From an uncultured delta proteobacterium (GTDB taxonomy: Bacteria; Myxococcota; UBA727; VGSZ01): a stretch of 64,000 bases of DNA. The notes below the pieces were generated by a model. The model did no database searches. It saw nothing but the letters and a program-made list of their open reading frames with translations, and had not been told where the DNA came from. The translations under genes and the position numbers were made by a program. Where the stretch lies: the NCBI GenBank assembly GCA_963775425.1, contig CAVZJB010000014.1, forward strand, positions 128,001-192,000. Reading direction: 5' to 3'. Numbering within the stretch: position 1 is the stretch's first letter; each line of letters opens with the position of its first letter. Of this stretch, positions 47,401-56,604 are shown piece by piece.

Positions 47401-49990
47401 GGGGGCCGCCGCCGCCCTCGCCCTCGACGAACATCTCGCTCTTGTCGCGCACCTGGCGCAGCGCCTCGCTGCGCACGCTCTTGAGCTTGGAGAGCACCTC
47501 CTCGCTCTTCACCGTGTCGCCGAGCGCGGCGAGGTCCGCGGCGATGGCCCGCGCCTTCTCGATCATCGGGTCCGCGGCGAAGGCGGAGTTCAGCTCGTCG
47601 ACGCTCTTGGACGCCATGGCCCGGCGCTTCACGCCGTCGAGGATGCGCTGCGCCGACGTCATCATGTTCTGCGCGCGGCGGTTGCGCTCGTCGAGGAGCT
47701 GTTGCTTCTTGGCGGTGAGCGACTCGAAGATCTTCTCGCGCTTCTCCGCGAGGACGGCGACGGCGTCGTCGAGCTCGGCGAAGCGGCCCTCGAGCTCCTC
47801 CACGGTCACCAACAGCCGCGCGAGCTCCTGGTCGCAGCGCTCGGGCGTGTCTGCCATGGACAAAGCGCTCTCGATGGCCTGCGACAGCAGCTTGGTCTGC
47901 GCCCCGAGCTCCGATGCGCCCTCCTGCTTCAGGAGGTCCTTGCGCTTGCCGTCGAGCACCGCGCGCGCGCGGTTGAGCTGCGCGATGACCCCGGCGATCT
48001 CCTCGAGGATGGAGGTGCGCGCGGCGGCGTCGTCGATCTTGAGCTGCCCGGTGACCTCCGTGAGCAGTTGCAGGCCGGCCTGCACGCGGTCGAGCTCCTC
48101 GAGCAGCGGCTTGCAGTCCGAGGCCTGCCGGACCTCCGCGCCCTGCTTCACGATCTCGTCGTGCTTGTCGATGTACGGCTGGAGCGCGCCGTCGCTCTGC
48201 AGGAACGCGCCGGCCTTGCGCGTGAGGTCGTCAAAGGCGTCGGCGCACTCTTTCTCGAGCGCCTTGAGCCGCGGCACGTCGATGTAGCGCTGCTCCATCA
48301 GCGTGATCAGCGAGCCGCGCTGCGTGCGCAGCGACTTCATGGCCTCGAGGAACGGATCGATGCTGGTGAAGCTGTCGGGCCGAACGTCGGAGAGCACCGC
48401 GCGCTGTTTGTCCTCGGCCTGCCGCAGCGACTCCGCCGCCGCCTTCTGGATGGCGACGATCTTCTCGAACTCGTCGACGACGAGATCGGCGGTGGTGCGC
48501 ACCTCGGCGACGCTGGCGGCGACGTTGCCGACCTCCTCGTCGCCGAGCCACGGATACGTGTCCGTGATGCGCGTGCACTCGGCGATGAGGTCCTCGTACA
48601 TCTTCACCGTGGGCTTCTGGTTGCCCACCATGCGCCGGATGGTGTGCGCGTCGGAGATGGCGCGCACGGCCTCCGGGTTGCCCACCTTGACGAGGAGCGA
48701 GCCGGCGAATTCTCCGCCGGTCTTCTGCGAGGCGGCGACGTCGGCGGAGACGAAGGGCGTGCGCCAGATGCGCATCGGGTGTACGCGCGTGGGCTCGCCG
48801 CCATCGGAGCGGAAGACCACCAGCGTGCCGTCGTCGAAGAGCGACCACCCGTGGCACAGGATGGGGCTCTTCACTTCCTTGTCGATGAGGTTGTACGCGA
48901 GCAGCGCGCGTCGACCGGTGGCGGCCTCGTAAAACACGTAGAGGACGTCTTCGCCGTTGGGGGAGCGCACCATGCGCTCGAAGGTGAGCCCGCGGCTGTC
49001 GAAGTCGAAGGTCTTCACCTCGCCGGTGGCCAGGGCGAAGCCGCCGGGGAAGATGATGCCGTGATCTTCGGGCAGCTCCACGCACGACGCGGCGATGGCG
49101 TCGACGCGGTGGGCCTCTTTGCTGCGCGTGTTGAACACGAAGTAGCGGAAGTCCTGCTCCCGGTAGGGCAGCACCTTCAACAGGATGAGCGCGCCGACCT
49201 TGGCGTAGAAGAATTGCGCGTCGTCGAGGGACTGCGACGCGTCCTCGACGGCCTCGGCGTAGACGCCCGCGCCCGACGCGGTGTTGTTCTCCACCTTGAT
49301 GGTGAGGTCGCCGCCGGTGGTCTCGACAAAGACGGTGTCGAGGACGTTCACGTGCGGGAAGCGGCCGGTGACGTAGTTTTCGCGCGTGGCGCGGGTCCAC
49401 TCGAAGCCGTGCGTGGGCGGGAAGGTGTGGTCCTCGAGGCCGTCGGCGTCGAGGTACTCGACGGCGCCCTTGCGATCGACGGCCCAGCGAAAGACCTTGA
49501 GGTCACGCAGCGACGGGCCGGTCTTGAAGACGGCGAGCAGGCGGCCGCTGTCGAGGCTGCGCAACTGCAGGAGCTCGGCGTCCTTGTAGTACTTGTAGAG
49601 CTCCGTGAAGTCCTTGACGAAGCGCTCGTCCTTCAAAAACGGCGGGAGCGGGACGCCGTCGAGGTTCCAGGCGCCGTCGACGAGGTCGCAGCGGTGGACG
49701 GCGAAGGCGTCCTCGACGCGCGTCTCCTTGCGCAGCCCGATGAAGACGTTGTAGCCGAACAGCAGCTTGCCGCCGACGTTGAGGATGTCGCGCGGGACGC
49801 AGTTGTTCTCGGTGCGGACGCGCTCGTTGGCGAGCACGGCGAGCTCGGACCCGCCGAACACCTCCATGCGGCGCGCGTTGAGCGCCTCGATCTTCTCCTG
49901 CAGCTTGCGACCGTGCTCGTCGAGTCGCGCCTTGATGATGTCGTAGGCGCTGCCTTCTACGTTGGCCGCCGCCGCCGTCGCCGTCGTCAT
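44429..49990 (-). CDS. Large AAA+ ATPase of the family usually annotated DNA repair ATPase (DUF3686-like N-terminus)
   Basis: RVRTENNCVPRD, SPNGEDVLY, Walker A SPPGYGKTT, Walker B LLLDDIQH, long coiled coils. Confidence 0.88.
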   Translation of the reverse strand: MTTATAAAANVEGSAYDIIKARLDEHGRKLQEKIEALNARRMEVFGGSELAVLANERVRTENNCVPRDILNVGGKLLFGYNVFIGLRKETRVEDAFAVHRCDLVDGAWNLDGVPLPPFLKDERFVKDFTELYKYYKDAELLQLRSLDSGRLLAVFKTGPSLRDLKVFRWAVDRKGAVEYLDADGLEDHTFPPTHGFEWTRATRENYVTGRFPHVNVLDTVFVETTGGDLTIKVENNTASGAGVYAEAVEDASQSLDDAQFFYAKVGALILLKVLPYREQDFRYFVFNTRSKEAHRVDAIAASCVELPEDHGIIFPGGFALATGEVKTFDFDSRGLTFERMVRSPNGEDVLYVFYEAATGRRALLAYNLIDKEVKSPILCHGWSLFDDGTLVVFRSDGGEPTRVHPMRIWRTPFVSADVAASQKTGGEFAGSLLVKVGNPEAVRAISDAHTIRRMVGNQKPTVKMYEDLIAECTRITDTYPWLGDEEVGNVAASVAEVRTTADLVVDEFEKIVAIQKAAAESLRQAEDKQRAVLSDVRPDSFTSIDPFLEAMKSLRTQRGSLITLMEQRYIDVPRLKALEKECADAFDDLTRKAGAFLQSDGALQPYIDKHDEIVKQGAEVRQASDCKPLLEELDRVQAGLQLLTEVTGQLKIDDAAARTSILEEIAGVIAQLNRARAVLDGKRKDLLKQEGASELGAQTKLLSQAIESALSMADTPERCDQELARLLVTVEELEGRFAELDDAVAVLAEKREKIFESLTAKKQQLLDERNRRAQNMMTSAQRILDGVKRRAMASKSVDELNSAFAADPMIEKARAIAADLAALGDTVKSEEVLSKLKSVRSEALRQVRDKSEMFVEGEGGGGPLVQLGKHRFTVNTQAFDVTLLPRKRDDGSPGLAIHLTGTDYFEDIDPKAPEGAALLSFADLFDEPLVSEGAALSRAEFLAMSILLAAERGDLAIPGDAADTAGVVPAAVAGVTPAGATSGAAASGAASSAGRGKRALEDAARDGTLEALVSGIARSRYDEGYDRGVHDADAARILGTVLGLQRQAGLLRHSPKARALAVLFMAAAKEEEGRALLAARLRGAARLLRAHPQSKAALALVDDVGREIASFLERSGVGARLGADAGDARAAAAYLLDEVGNDTATAAPAVPAGSAAAAAGDGGLGGVRFVLSREAEAVVDRVGDVTADLGSLDGHIGAQVALALAWVDSVVDAGSPAALEAVAHLVTRGRVERVTADTAGSIVVEGLLSRHPRIAAGKLTLRLDDILDRARRFIEVRVPRFLELKKRRADVVDTARRRLKIDELKPRVLSSFVRNQLVNDVYLPLIGDNLAKQMGAAGASKRTDLMGMLLLISPPGYGKTTLMEYVASRLGLVYVKANGPALGHETTSLDPAEAPNATARQEVDKINFAFEMGNNVLLLLDDIQHTNPELLQKFISLCDGTRRVEGVWHGRTRTYDLRGKKLVVCMAGNPYTESGEKFKIPDMLANRADTYNLGDILGGREREFALSYVENALTSNPVLQPLASRDPADIKLLVRMAQGEQVPSTDLKYGYSGAEIDEIVRVLQKLIKIQQTLLKVNATYISSAATDERFRTEPPFKLQGSYRNMNKLAEKVVSVMNDDELERLVDDHYRSEAQTLTTGAEVNLLKLAELRNRLSPEERARWAEIKNGYARAKMQGSDSDDPATRVTNTLAGLAQRVEQIAGAITAASARPAPVLEAPAVHVNVPAQSAPTVEVKVPQHVAPALDPVLVARLDQVIEALMAARLDVKVTSPAPAGIAELVRLQTILIEASLLPIVKALSSSIEHEKGNAKRLEEVLEELKALEEKGLPAPQPAQNEVYRPFKPRPAGVRREEE

Positions 49991-50101
49991 CGTGCCACGC
50001 TAGCACGCCGCCGCCGGCGCCCGTGCAGCTTCCGCGGGTGAGTCAGCTCGCCGCCTGGAGGGCCTCGCCACAGGACGCGGCGGCCCCGTCGCCGGCGCGC
50101 T

Positions 50102-50833
50102 ATGACGGTGCCGATGACGGCGCTTTCGCAGAGGGTGCACCGGGGGCTCGCGGCGCGCGCCGACCCCGCCGTGAAGGCGTCGGCCGAGAAGTACTTCCGC
50201 GGGGCCATCCCCTTCATCGGCGTCAAGCGCGCCGGCGTCGACGCGGTCTTGAAGGAGGTGCTCGCGTCGGTGCCCGCGGGCGAGGCTGGCGTGCGCGAAG
50301 CCTTTGCGCTGCTGCGCGCGCCGAGCATGGAGATGCGGCAGATCGGCATCGAGCTTTTGTACCGCCGCAGAAAGCAGCTCGACGACGCCGTCGTCGACGA
50401 GCTCGCTTCGTACTTCGACACGCACGTGGGCGACTGGGCCACCTGCGACGGCGTCGCCGGGCGCGTCCTGCGCGCGCTCGTGAAGCGGCCGTCGGCGAAG
50501 AAGAAGGTCCTGGCGTGGAGCCGCGCGCGGTGCACGTGGCGCAAGCGTGCCGCCGCCGTCGCCTTCGTCAACGACGCGCGCAAGGGCGAAGGCGTCGACG
50601 ACCTCTTCGCCGTCTGCGCCCGCATCGTGACGACGCCCGACCGCTTCGTGCAGCTCGGCTGCGGCTGGGCGCTGCGCGAGCTGTCGCTCGTCGACCGGCC
50701 GCGCGTCGTGCGCTTCATCGAAGACCACGCCGCGCAGCTCTCCCGCGAGGGCTTGCGCTACGCCGTCGAGAAGATGCCGAAGGCCGAGCGCGCCGCCGTC
50801 ATGAAGCGCCACGCCGCGCTCAAGGAGAGGTGA
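50102..50833 (+). CDS. DNA alkylation repair protein (AlkD-like HEAT repeats)
   Basis: FIGVK, DWATCD, TWRKRAA, FVQLGCGWALRE, LRYAVEK. Confidence 0.88.
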   Translation: MTVPMTALSQRVHRGLAARADPAVKASAEKYFRGAIPFIGVKRAGVDAVLKEVLASVPAGEAGVREAFALLRAPSMEMRQIGIELLYRRRKQLDDAVVDELASYFDTHVGDWATCDGVAGRVLRALVKRPSAKKKVLAWSRARCTWRKRAAAVAFVNDARKGEGVDDLFAVCARIVTTPDRFVQLGCGWALRELSLVDRPRVVRFIEDHAAQLSREGLRYAVEKMPKAERAAVMKRHAALKER

Positions 50834-50863
50834 CCCGCAAGACCGAGCGCCGCGCCCCGTGCC

Positions 50864-51433
50864 TCACGGGGCCCAGGTGTCCTGCAGCGTCCCGCACGTC
50901 GTCATCTCCTTGCCGAAGTACGGGTTCTCGAGCTTCTTGGTGGTCTGCACCCACTTCTGGTAGCCCTTGGCCATCGGGCACTCGAACAGGAAGCGCCCCG
51001 TCTGCAGCGCGGCGTTCGCGGCCACCAGCGTCACCACTTGTTTGCTCACGTCGCCGAAGGCGTCGCGCGCGGCGGCGAGGTCTTTGGCCCCGGACATCTT
51101 GTCGGCGGCGCTCGCGAGATCCGTGAGGGGCTGCTTGTCGGCGGCGGCGCCGGCGGCCTCTCGTGCGGCGCTGGCCACGCTCCTGGCGCTCGACCTGGCC
51201 GCGTCGAGGTCGTCGTGGGCGAGCTGGAGCCGCATCGCGTCGTAGGCGTCGAGGACCTCGCCCATCGGGCCCGAGATCCGCGGTGCGATCGGCGGCGGTG
51301 GAGGCGGCGCCGGCGGCGCGGGCGCGGGCGCGGGCGTGGCCACGGGCGCGGGTGAGGGTGTCTCCTCGCCGGCCTTCTTGCATCCGGCGGCGACGAGGAC
51401 GGCGGCAGAAAGAGCGAAGACGGAGAAGCGCAT
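50864..51433 (-). CDS. DUF3347-like lipoprotein (heavy-metal efflux associated)
   Basis: Lipobox AAGC; YDAMRLQLAHDD, CPMA, NPYFGKEMTTCG. Confidence 0.8.
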   Translation of the reverse strand: MRFSVFALSAAVLVAAGCKKAGEETPSPAPVATPAPAPAPPAPPPPPPIAPRISGPMGEVLDAYDAMRLQLAHDDLDAARSSARSVASAAREAAGAAADKQPLTDLASAADKMSGAKDLAAARDAFGDVSKQVVTLVAANAALQTGRFLFECPMAKGYQKWVQTTKKLENPYFGKEMTTCGTLQDTWAP

Positions 51434-51546
51434 GAAGAACCTCCCAGCGACGTCATCCAACAAGCTCCGCCGGCTGTCCATTCCCCCGAGCGCGCGGTCG
51501 GATGCCGTGAGCGTGCCGACAGGCCCAGCGATGAAAACGTGCAAGG

Positions 51547-52146
51547 ATGCGCGGCATGAGAGTCTTGCCGGTCGTTGGTCAGGGAGAGGCGAGGCGCGAG
51601 CGCGCCGACGCCCAACAAAACCGCGTGCGCATCCTCGAGGCCGCGCGCAAGTTGATGAGGAAGCGCGCGCTCGACCAGTTGTGCATGGACGAGCTCGCGG
51701 CGTTGGCCGGCGTCGGCAAGGGCACGCTCTACCGGCGCTTCGAGGACAAGCAGGCGCTCTTGCACGCGCTCCTCGACGACGACGAGCGCGCGCTGCAGGA
51801 GGAGGTGCGCGCCGACTTCGGCAAGGCCGAGCCGCGCGTCGAGCTGCTCGCGCTCCTCGACAAGCTCTATGCGTTCCACGTCGAGCACGCCGAGGTGCTC
51901 GCGGCGGCGGAGGCGAGCGCGCGCGGGATGGCCCGCTACGCGGCGCCGCCGTACCAGTGGCGCCACACGGTGCTCGTCGAGCACCTCGCCCGCGCCCGCG
52001 TCGCGCAGGGCGCCGGCGCGGAGCAGCTCGCGGACATGATCCTCGCGTCCATGTCGGGCGAGCTGATCATGCGCGCGCTCACAACCGAGACGCCCGACGG
52101 AGTGCGCGCGCAGGGCCGCGCGTTCTTCAGGTCGGTGTGTCAATGA
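51547..52146 (+). CDS. TetR family transcriptional regulator
   Basis: RILEAARKL..MDELAALAGVGKGTLYRRFEDK helix-turn-helix. Confidence 0.92.
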   Translation: MRGMRVLPVVGQGEARRERADAQQNRVRILEAARKLMRKRALDQLCMDELAALAGVGKGTLYRRFEDKQALLHALLDDDERALQEEVRADFGKAEPRVELLALLDKLYAFHVEHAEVLAAAEASARGMARYAAPPYQWRHTVLVEHLARARVAQGAGAEQLADMILASMSGELIMRALTTETPDGVRAQGRAFFRSVCQ

Positions 52147-52724
52147 AGCTGATCAAGAAGATCCTGTTCCTCGCCGTTGTCGCCGCGCTCGCGTGGGGCG
52201 CCCTCTGGGTCTACGAGAGCCCGTACTACGCGCTCTACAACATCCACGAGGGGCTCAAGGAGCGCGACGCGGTGCGCGTGGAGCGCTACGCCGACCTCGA
52301 GCGCATGGTGAAGGCCTCCGCCGACGTCGTCGGCGCCCTGGCCAAGGAGAAGATCGGGGTCAACGGCACCGACGCCGGCAGCCAGCTCCTCGGCGCCATC
52401 GTCGGGGCCGTGGCCGGCAAGGTCGGCGACGCCGCCAGCGTGCAGGGCGCGGTGGAGGTGCGCCGCGCCATCCAGGAGGGCCGCATGAAGCCCGCCATCG
52501 GCCCGTTCGTCGTCGACGACGACACGAGCGCCGTGGGCGCGCTGCAGACCGTCGGCGACGTGTCGCTCGTGGACCTCGGCGGGCACTGCAACGGCCACGA
52601 GGCCACGCTGCGCGTGATCTTCGAAAAGCGCGACACCACGGGGCCGCTCGGCCGCCCGCGCAAGTCGGTGCTCGTCGGCGTGGACAAGGGCTCGCTGCCG
52701 GAGCTCGCGCGCGCCTGTCGCTGA
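52143..52724 (+). CDS. DUF2939-like membrane-anchored protein
   Basis: N-terminal TM, SPYYAL...RDA..VERYAD; ATGA overlap. Confidence 0.7.
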   Translation: MKLIKKILFLAVVAALAWGALWVYESPYYALYNIHEGLKERDAVRVERYADLERMVKASADVVGALAKEKIGVNGTDAGSQLLGAIVGAVAGKVGDAASVQGAVEVRRAIQEGRMKPAIGPFVVDDDTSAVGALQTVGDVSLVDLGGHCNGHEATLRVIFEKRDTTGPLGRPRKSVLVGVDKGSLPELARACR

Positions 52725-52768
52725 GGTGACGAGGGCTGCGCCGGGGCCGTGATACCCTAGGCTCACGC

Positions 52769-54139
52769 ATGGCCGCCGTCGACGCAAAGCCCGACCACGA
52801 CGTCGCGTACGTCACCGATGTCGAAGGGATGTGGGAGCGGCTCGCGAGCTTCTGCCGACAAAACCCCTTGGTCTCCCTCGACGACGCCGGGCTGCACGTG
52901 CGGCCCGGGGCCACCTTCGTCTTCGGCGGCGACGCCATCGACCGCGGGCCCGCTTCGCGCCACATCGTGCGCACCCTGTTCGCGGCGAAGGAGCGGCAGC
53001 CGGACCAGGTGGTGCTCCTCGCCGGCAACCGCGACCTCAACAAGCTCCGGCTCGCGCGCGAGCTGTTCGGCCACCCGCCGCGGCGCGCGCCCGAGGAGAT
53101 GCGCAACGCGCCGCGGGCGGAGCTGCTCAAGTGGATCATGGCCAACACCATGGGCGCGGCCGAGGCGTTCGAGCACCGGCGCACCGAGCTCATCGCCGAG
53201 CTCCTCGTCGAGCGGGGCGCCCTCGCGGCCGACGCCGCCGCCGTCGGCGGGGGCGGCGCCGTCACAGGGCTCGCCGCGGACGAGCGGCGCGCGCTCGTCG
53301 AGGACGAGGCGGTGGCGCAGAGCTACGTCGACGACCTCGCGCCCGGCGGCGAGCTGTCGCGCTACCTCGAGCGCTGCCAGCTCACGTGGCGCGCCGGGCG
53401 CACGCTCTTTGTCCATGGCGGCCTCGCGGAGGAGGCGCTCACGGTGGTGCCGGGCACCCCGGACACGGACCTCGCGCACCTCGACATCGAGCGTTGGCGC
53501 GCCCGCCTCGAGCACTTCTACGAGACGCAGATGGCGGCGTTTCGCGCGCGCGCCGTCGAGCCCGACGGCCGGCCGGCGTGGGAGTCGGCCATCCTGTACC
53601 AGGCGCCGCGCAAGGGCCTGAAGATGAACCCGGGCAGCGTGGTCTACGGGCGCATGGCCGACGAGCACAACAACCCCACGCTGCCCAAGAAGGACGTCGT
53701 CGACGCGCTGTTGCGCGCCGGCGTCTCCCGCGTCGTCGTCGGTCACACGCCGAGCGGCGACACGCCGTCCATCGTGCGCACCGCGGAGGCGGCGTTCGAG
53801 ATCGTGAACGCCGACAACTCCCGCTCGCGCGTCCCCACGGGGTCGCAGGTGTACGTGCGCGACGAGGCGCTCACCGTGCGCGGCAACGTCGTCCTCGACG
53901 ACGACAGCGCGCACGCCGTCGGCCTCGAGCTGCCATCCGACGACCGCGCCACGCCCGTGGGCTTGCGCACCGGCGAGGGCGGCCTCGTGAAGGCGCCGCT
54001 CGGCGGCGGCTGGCTCGTGTTCCGCTACCTGCCCGCGTACGAGGTCACGCAGCGCCTGGTGCGGGAGCTCGGCGCGCTCGAGGAGCCCGCGGAGCCGCCG
54101 CGGCCCGCGCCGGCGTCGCCCGGCGGCGTGCCCGGTTGA
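52769..54139 (+). CDS. Calcineurin-like metallophosphoesterase
   Basis: TDVEG, GGDAIDRG, AGNRD, FVHGG, VVGHTP. Confidence 0.85.
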   Translation: MAAVDAKPDHDVAYVTDVEGMWERLASFCRQNPLVSLDDAGLHVRPGATFVFGGDAIDRGPASRHIVRTLFAAKERQPDQVVLLAGNRDLNKLRLARELFGHPPRRAPEEMRNAPRAELLKWIMANTMGAAEAFEHRRTELIAELLVERGALAADAAAVGGGGAVTGLAADERRALVEDEAVAQSYVDDLAPGGELSRYLERCQLTWRAGRTLFVHGGLAEEALTVVPGTPDTDLAHLDIERWRARLEHFYETQMAAFRARAVEPDGRPAWESAILYQAPRKGLKMNPGSVVYGRMADEHNNPTLPKKDVVDALLRAGVSRVVVGHTPSGDTPSIVRTAEAAFEIVNADNSRSRVPTGSQVYVRDEALTVRGNVVLDDDSAHAVGLELPSDDRATPVGLRTGEGGLVKAPLGGGWLVFRYLPAYEVTQRLVRELGALEEPAEPPRPAPASPGGVPG

Positions 54140-54194
54140 GGAGCGCGCGCTCCCCCCTTTCCTGCCGCGGCGCCGCCGGCCATCGAGCCCTGCC

Positions 54195-55454
54195 GTGAGG
54201 CCGCGGACCTTCATGCCGTTCCTCGTCGGGCGCGTCCTGTCCGCGCTCGGGCGGCAGATGCTGTCGGTGGCCGTGGGCTGGGACCTCTACGAGCGCACCG
54301 GCTCGTTCGTCGTGCTCGGGCTCGTCGGCCTCGCGCAGGTGTCGCCGGTGCTGCTCCTGTCCGTCCCCATGGGACACGCCGTCGATCGCCTCGACGCGCG
54401 CCGCACGGGGGCGCTGTCGTGCCTGTTGCTCTCGCTCACCGGCGCCGGCTTCACCGCGGCCGCGCTCGTCACCGCCCCGCTGTGGATGATGTTCACGCTC
54501 CTCGTGGCGCACGGCGTCGGCATGGCCATGCACGCGCCGTCGGTGGCGTCGGTGCTGCCGCGCCTCGTCGACAAGGACTCCCGCGCCCGCGCCAACGCCC
54601 TCGTCAGCACCGGCTTCGAGCTCGCCTCCATCGGCGGCCCCGCCGCCGCCGGCCTCATCCTCGGCGTCACTCGCAGCGCCGCCGTGATCTACGCGCTGCA
54701 CGCGGCCCTCTCGCTCGCCCTCTTCGTGGTGCTGGCGGTGTTTCAGGCGCGCGGCGTCGGGGCGCCGGAGGCGGGCGCCGCCGGCGGACGGTCGCTGCGC
54801 GACATGGTGGCGGGGGTGCGCTTCGTGTTCGCCTCGCGCCTGCTGTTGCCGGCGATGACGCTCGACCTGTTCGCCGTGCTCTTCGGCGGCGTCACCGCGC
54901 TCATGCCCGCGTTCGCCAAGGACATCCTCGCCGTGGGCCCGAGCGGCCTCGGCGCGCTGCGCGCGGCGCCTGCGCTCGGCGCTCTCGTCACCGCCATCAT
55001 TTCGACGCGCATTGGACCATGGAAGCGTCCGGGACGCGTGCTGTTCTTCACCATCACCGTGTTCGGCGTGAGCACGCTCGCCTTCGCGTTGTCGCCGTGG
55101 CTGCCGCTGTCGTGCGCGTGCCTGGCCCTCGCCGGCGGCGCCGACGAGGTGAGCGTGATCATCCGTCAGACCCTGGAGCAGATGGTCACGCCCGACGCCA
55201 TGCGCGGCCGCGTCTCCGCGGTGCGCTACGTCTTCGTGGGCATGTCCAACCAGCTCGGCGAGCTCGAGAGCGGCCTCACCGCCGCGCTGCTCGGGGCCGT
55301 GGGCGCCGTCGCCGCGGGCGCGGTGGCGTGCCTCGCCGTCATCGGCGTGGTGGCCTGGCGCTGGCCGCAGCTGCGCCGCCTGGGGCCGCTGCAGGCGCTC
55401 ACCCCCGAGGACGAAACCACGGCGGCTCCGCCACGAGGCTCGTCTTCCCGCTGA
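54195..55454 (+). CDS. MFS transporter (EntS/MFS_3-like)
   Basis: VAVGWDLYERT, GHAVDRLDAR, LDLFAVLFGG, MRGRVSAV, SNQLGELESG. Confidence 0.9.
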   Translation: MRPRTFMPFLVGRVLSALGRQMLSVAVGWDLYERTGSFVVLGLVGLAQVSPVLLLSVPMGHAVDRLDARRTGALSCLLLSLTGAGFTAAALVTAPLWMMFTLLVAHGVGMAMHAPSVASVLPRLVDKDSRARANALVSTGFELASIGGPAAAGLILGVTRSAAVIYALHAALSLALFVVLAVFQARGVGAPEAGAAGGRSLRDMVAGVRFVFASRLLLPAMTLDLFAVLFGGVTALMPAFAKDILAVGPSGLGALRAAPALGALVTAIISTRIGPWKRPGRVLFFTITVFGVSTLAFALSPWLPLSCACLALAGGADEVSVIIRQTLEQMVTPDAMRGRVSAVRYVFVGMSNQLGELESGLTAALLGAVGAVAAGAVACLAVIGVVAWRWPQLRRLGPLQALTPEDETTAAPPRGSSSR

Positions 55455-56499
55455 ACGCGCCGCGCATCCCGGGCTGCGCGTGCATATACGGATAGTGCAG
55501 GTCGGGCGCGCCGGCGTCGTCGAGGGCGCGCTGCGCGTCCGCGGGGATGTCGACGTCGAGCGCGCGCAGCGTGTCCTCGAGCTGGCCGCGCGTGGTGGCG
55601 CCGAGCAGCGTGGAGGTGACGCCCGGCCGCCTCGTCGCCCAGGCCACCGCCACCTGCGCCGGGCTCCTCCCGAGCGCGCCGGCGACCTCGCGCAGGGCGT
55701 CGAGGATGCGCCAGTTTCGCTCGGTGTAGAGCTTCTTGAACCCCGGGTGGGTGCTGTTCTCGAAGCGCTTGAAGCGCCCCTCGCCCTCGAGGGCGCCGCC
55801 TTCGCCTCGACGGAATTTCCCCGTGAGCAGACCGCTCGCGAGCGGCGACCACGGCACGATGCCCATGCCGAGCGCGAGCGCGAGGGGCACGTGCTCACGC
55901 TCGATGTTCCGCTCCACCAGCGAATACTCGAGCTGGAGCGCGCACAGCGGCGAAGACCCACGCAGCTCCGCGAGCGTCTGCGCCCGGGCGGCGATCCAGC
56001 CGGGCACGTTGGACAAGCCCACGTAGCGCACCTTGCCCGCGCGCACGGCGTCGTCGAGGGCGCGCATGATCTCGTCGACGGGGGTGACGCCGTCCCAGGC
56101 GTGCACCCAGTAGAGGTCCACGCAGTCCGTGCCCAGGCGCGCGAGCGATGCCTCCAGCGCGCGCATCATGTGCTTGCGCCCGTTGCCGCCGCCGTTGGGG
56201 TCGCCGTCCGTGGTCGACAACGAGAACTTGGTGGCGAGCACCGTGCGGTCACGGGCTCCCCGCTCCCTCAGCCACGCGCCCACGATCTCCTCGCTGGTGC
56301 CGCCGGTGTAGATGTCGGCGGTGTCGAGGAAGTTGCCGCCGGCCTCGGCGTAGACGTCCATGAGCTCGAAGGCGCGCTCGCGGGGGATGCCCCAGCCCCA
56401 CTCGGTGCCGAAGGTCATGGTGCCAAGGCACAAGGGGCTCACGCGGAGCCCGCTGCGCCCGAGGAGCGCGTAGCGCGCGAGGGAATCGATCTGCCCCAT
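55399..56499 (-). CDS. Aldo/keto reductase
   Basis: LGRSGLRVSPLCLGTM, DTADIY, ATKF, DLYWVH, GKVRYVGLSN, PWSPLASG. Confidence 0.94.
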   Translation of the reverse strand: MGQIDSLARYALLGRSGLRVSPLCLGTMTFGTEWGWGIPRERAFELMDVYAEAGGNFLDTADIYTGGTSEEIVGAWLRERGARDRTVLATKFSLSTTDGDPNGGGNGRKHMMRALEASLARLGTDCVDLYWVHAWDGVTPVDEIMRALDDAVRAGKVRYVGLSNVPGWIAARAQTLAELRGSSPLCALQLEYSLVERNIEREHVPLALALGMGIVPWSPLASGLLTGKFRRGEGGALEGEGRFKRFENSTHPGFKKLYTERNWRILDALREVAGALGRSPAQVAVAWATRRPGVTSTLLGATTRGQLEDTLRALDVDIPADAQRALDDAGAPDLHYPYMHAQPGMRGAFSGKTSLVAEPPWFRPRG

Positions 56500-56604
56500 G
56501 GATCCTCCGGCCGAGGACCATCGCACGCCGCCGGCCGCGGGCAAGCCGCGGCTCGTCACGCCTGCCCCCTCGACGCCGCGCGCGCTCGTGACTAAGGCCG
56601 CTGC

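Noticed and set aside
44321-50041. 1906-aa plus-strand ORF, and other long antisense ORFs such as 7346-9958, 4052-6604 and 23384-25753
   Set aside because: Shadow ORFs opposite real genes, expected because stop codons are scarce in high-GC coding DNA.
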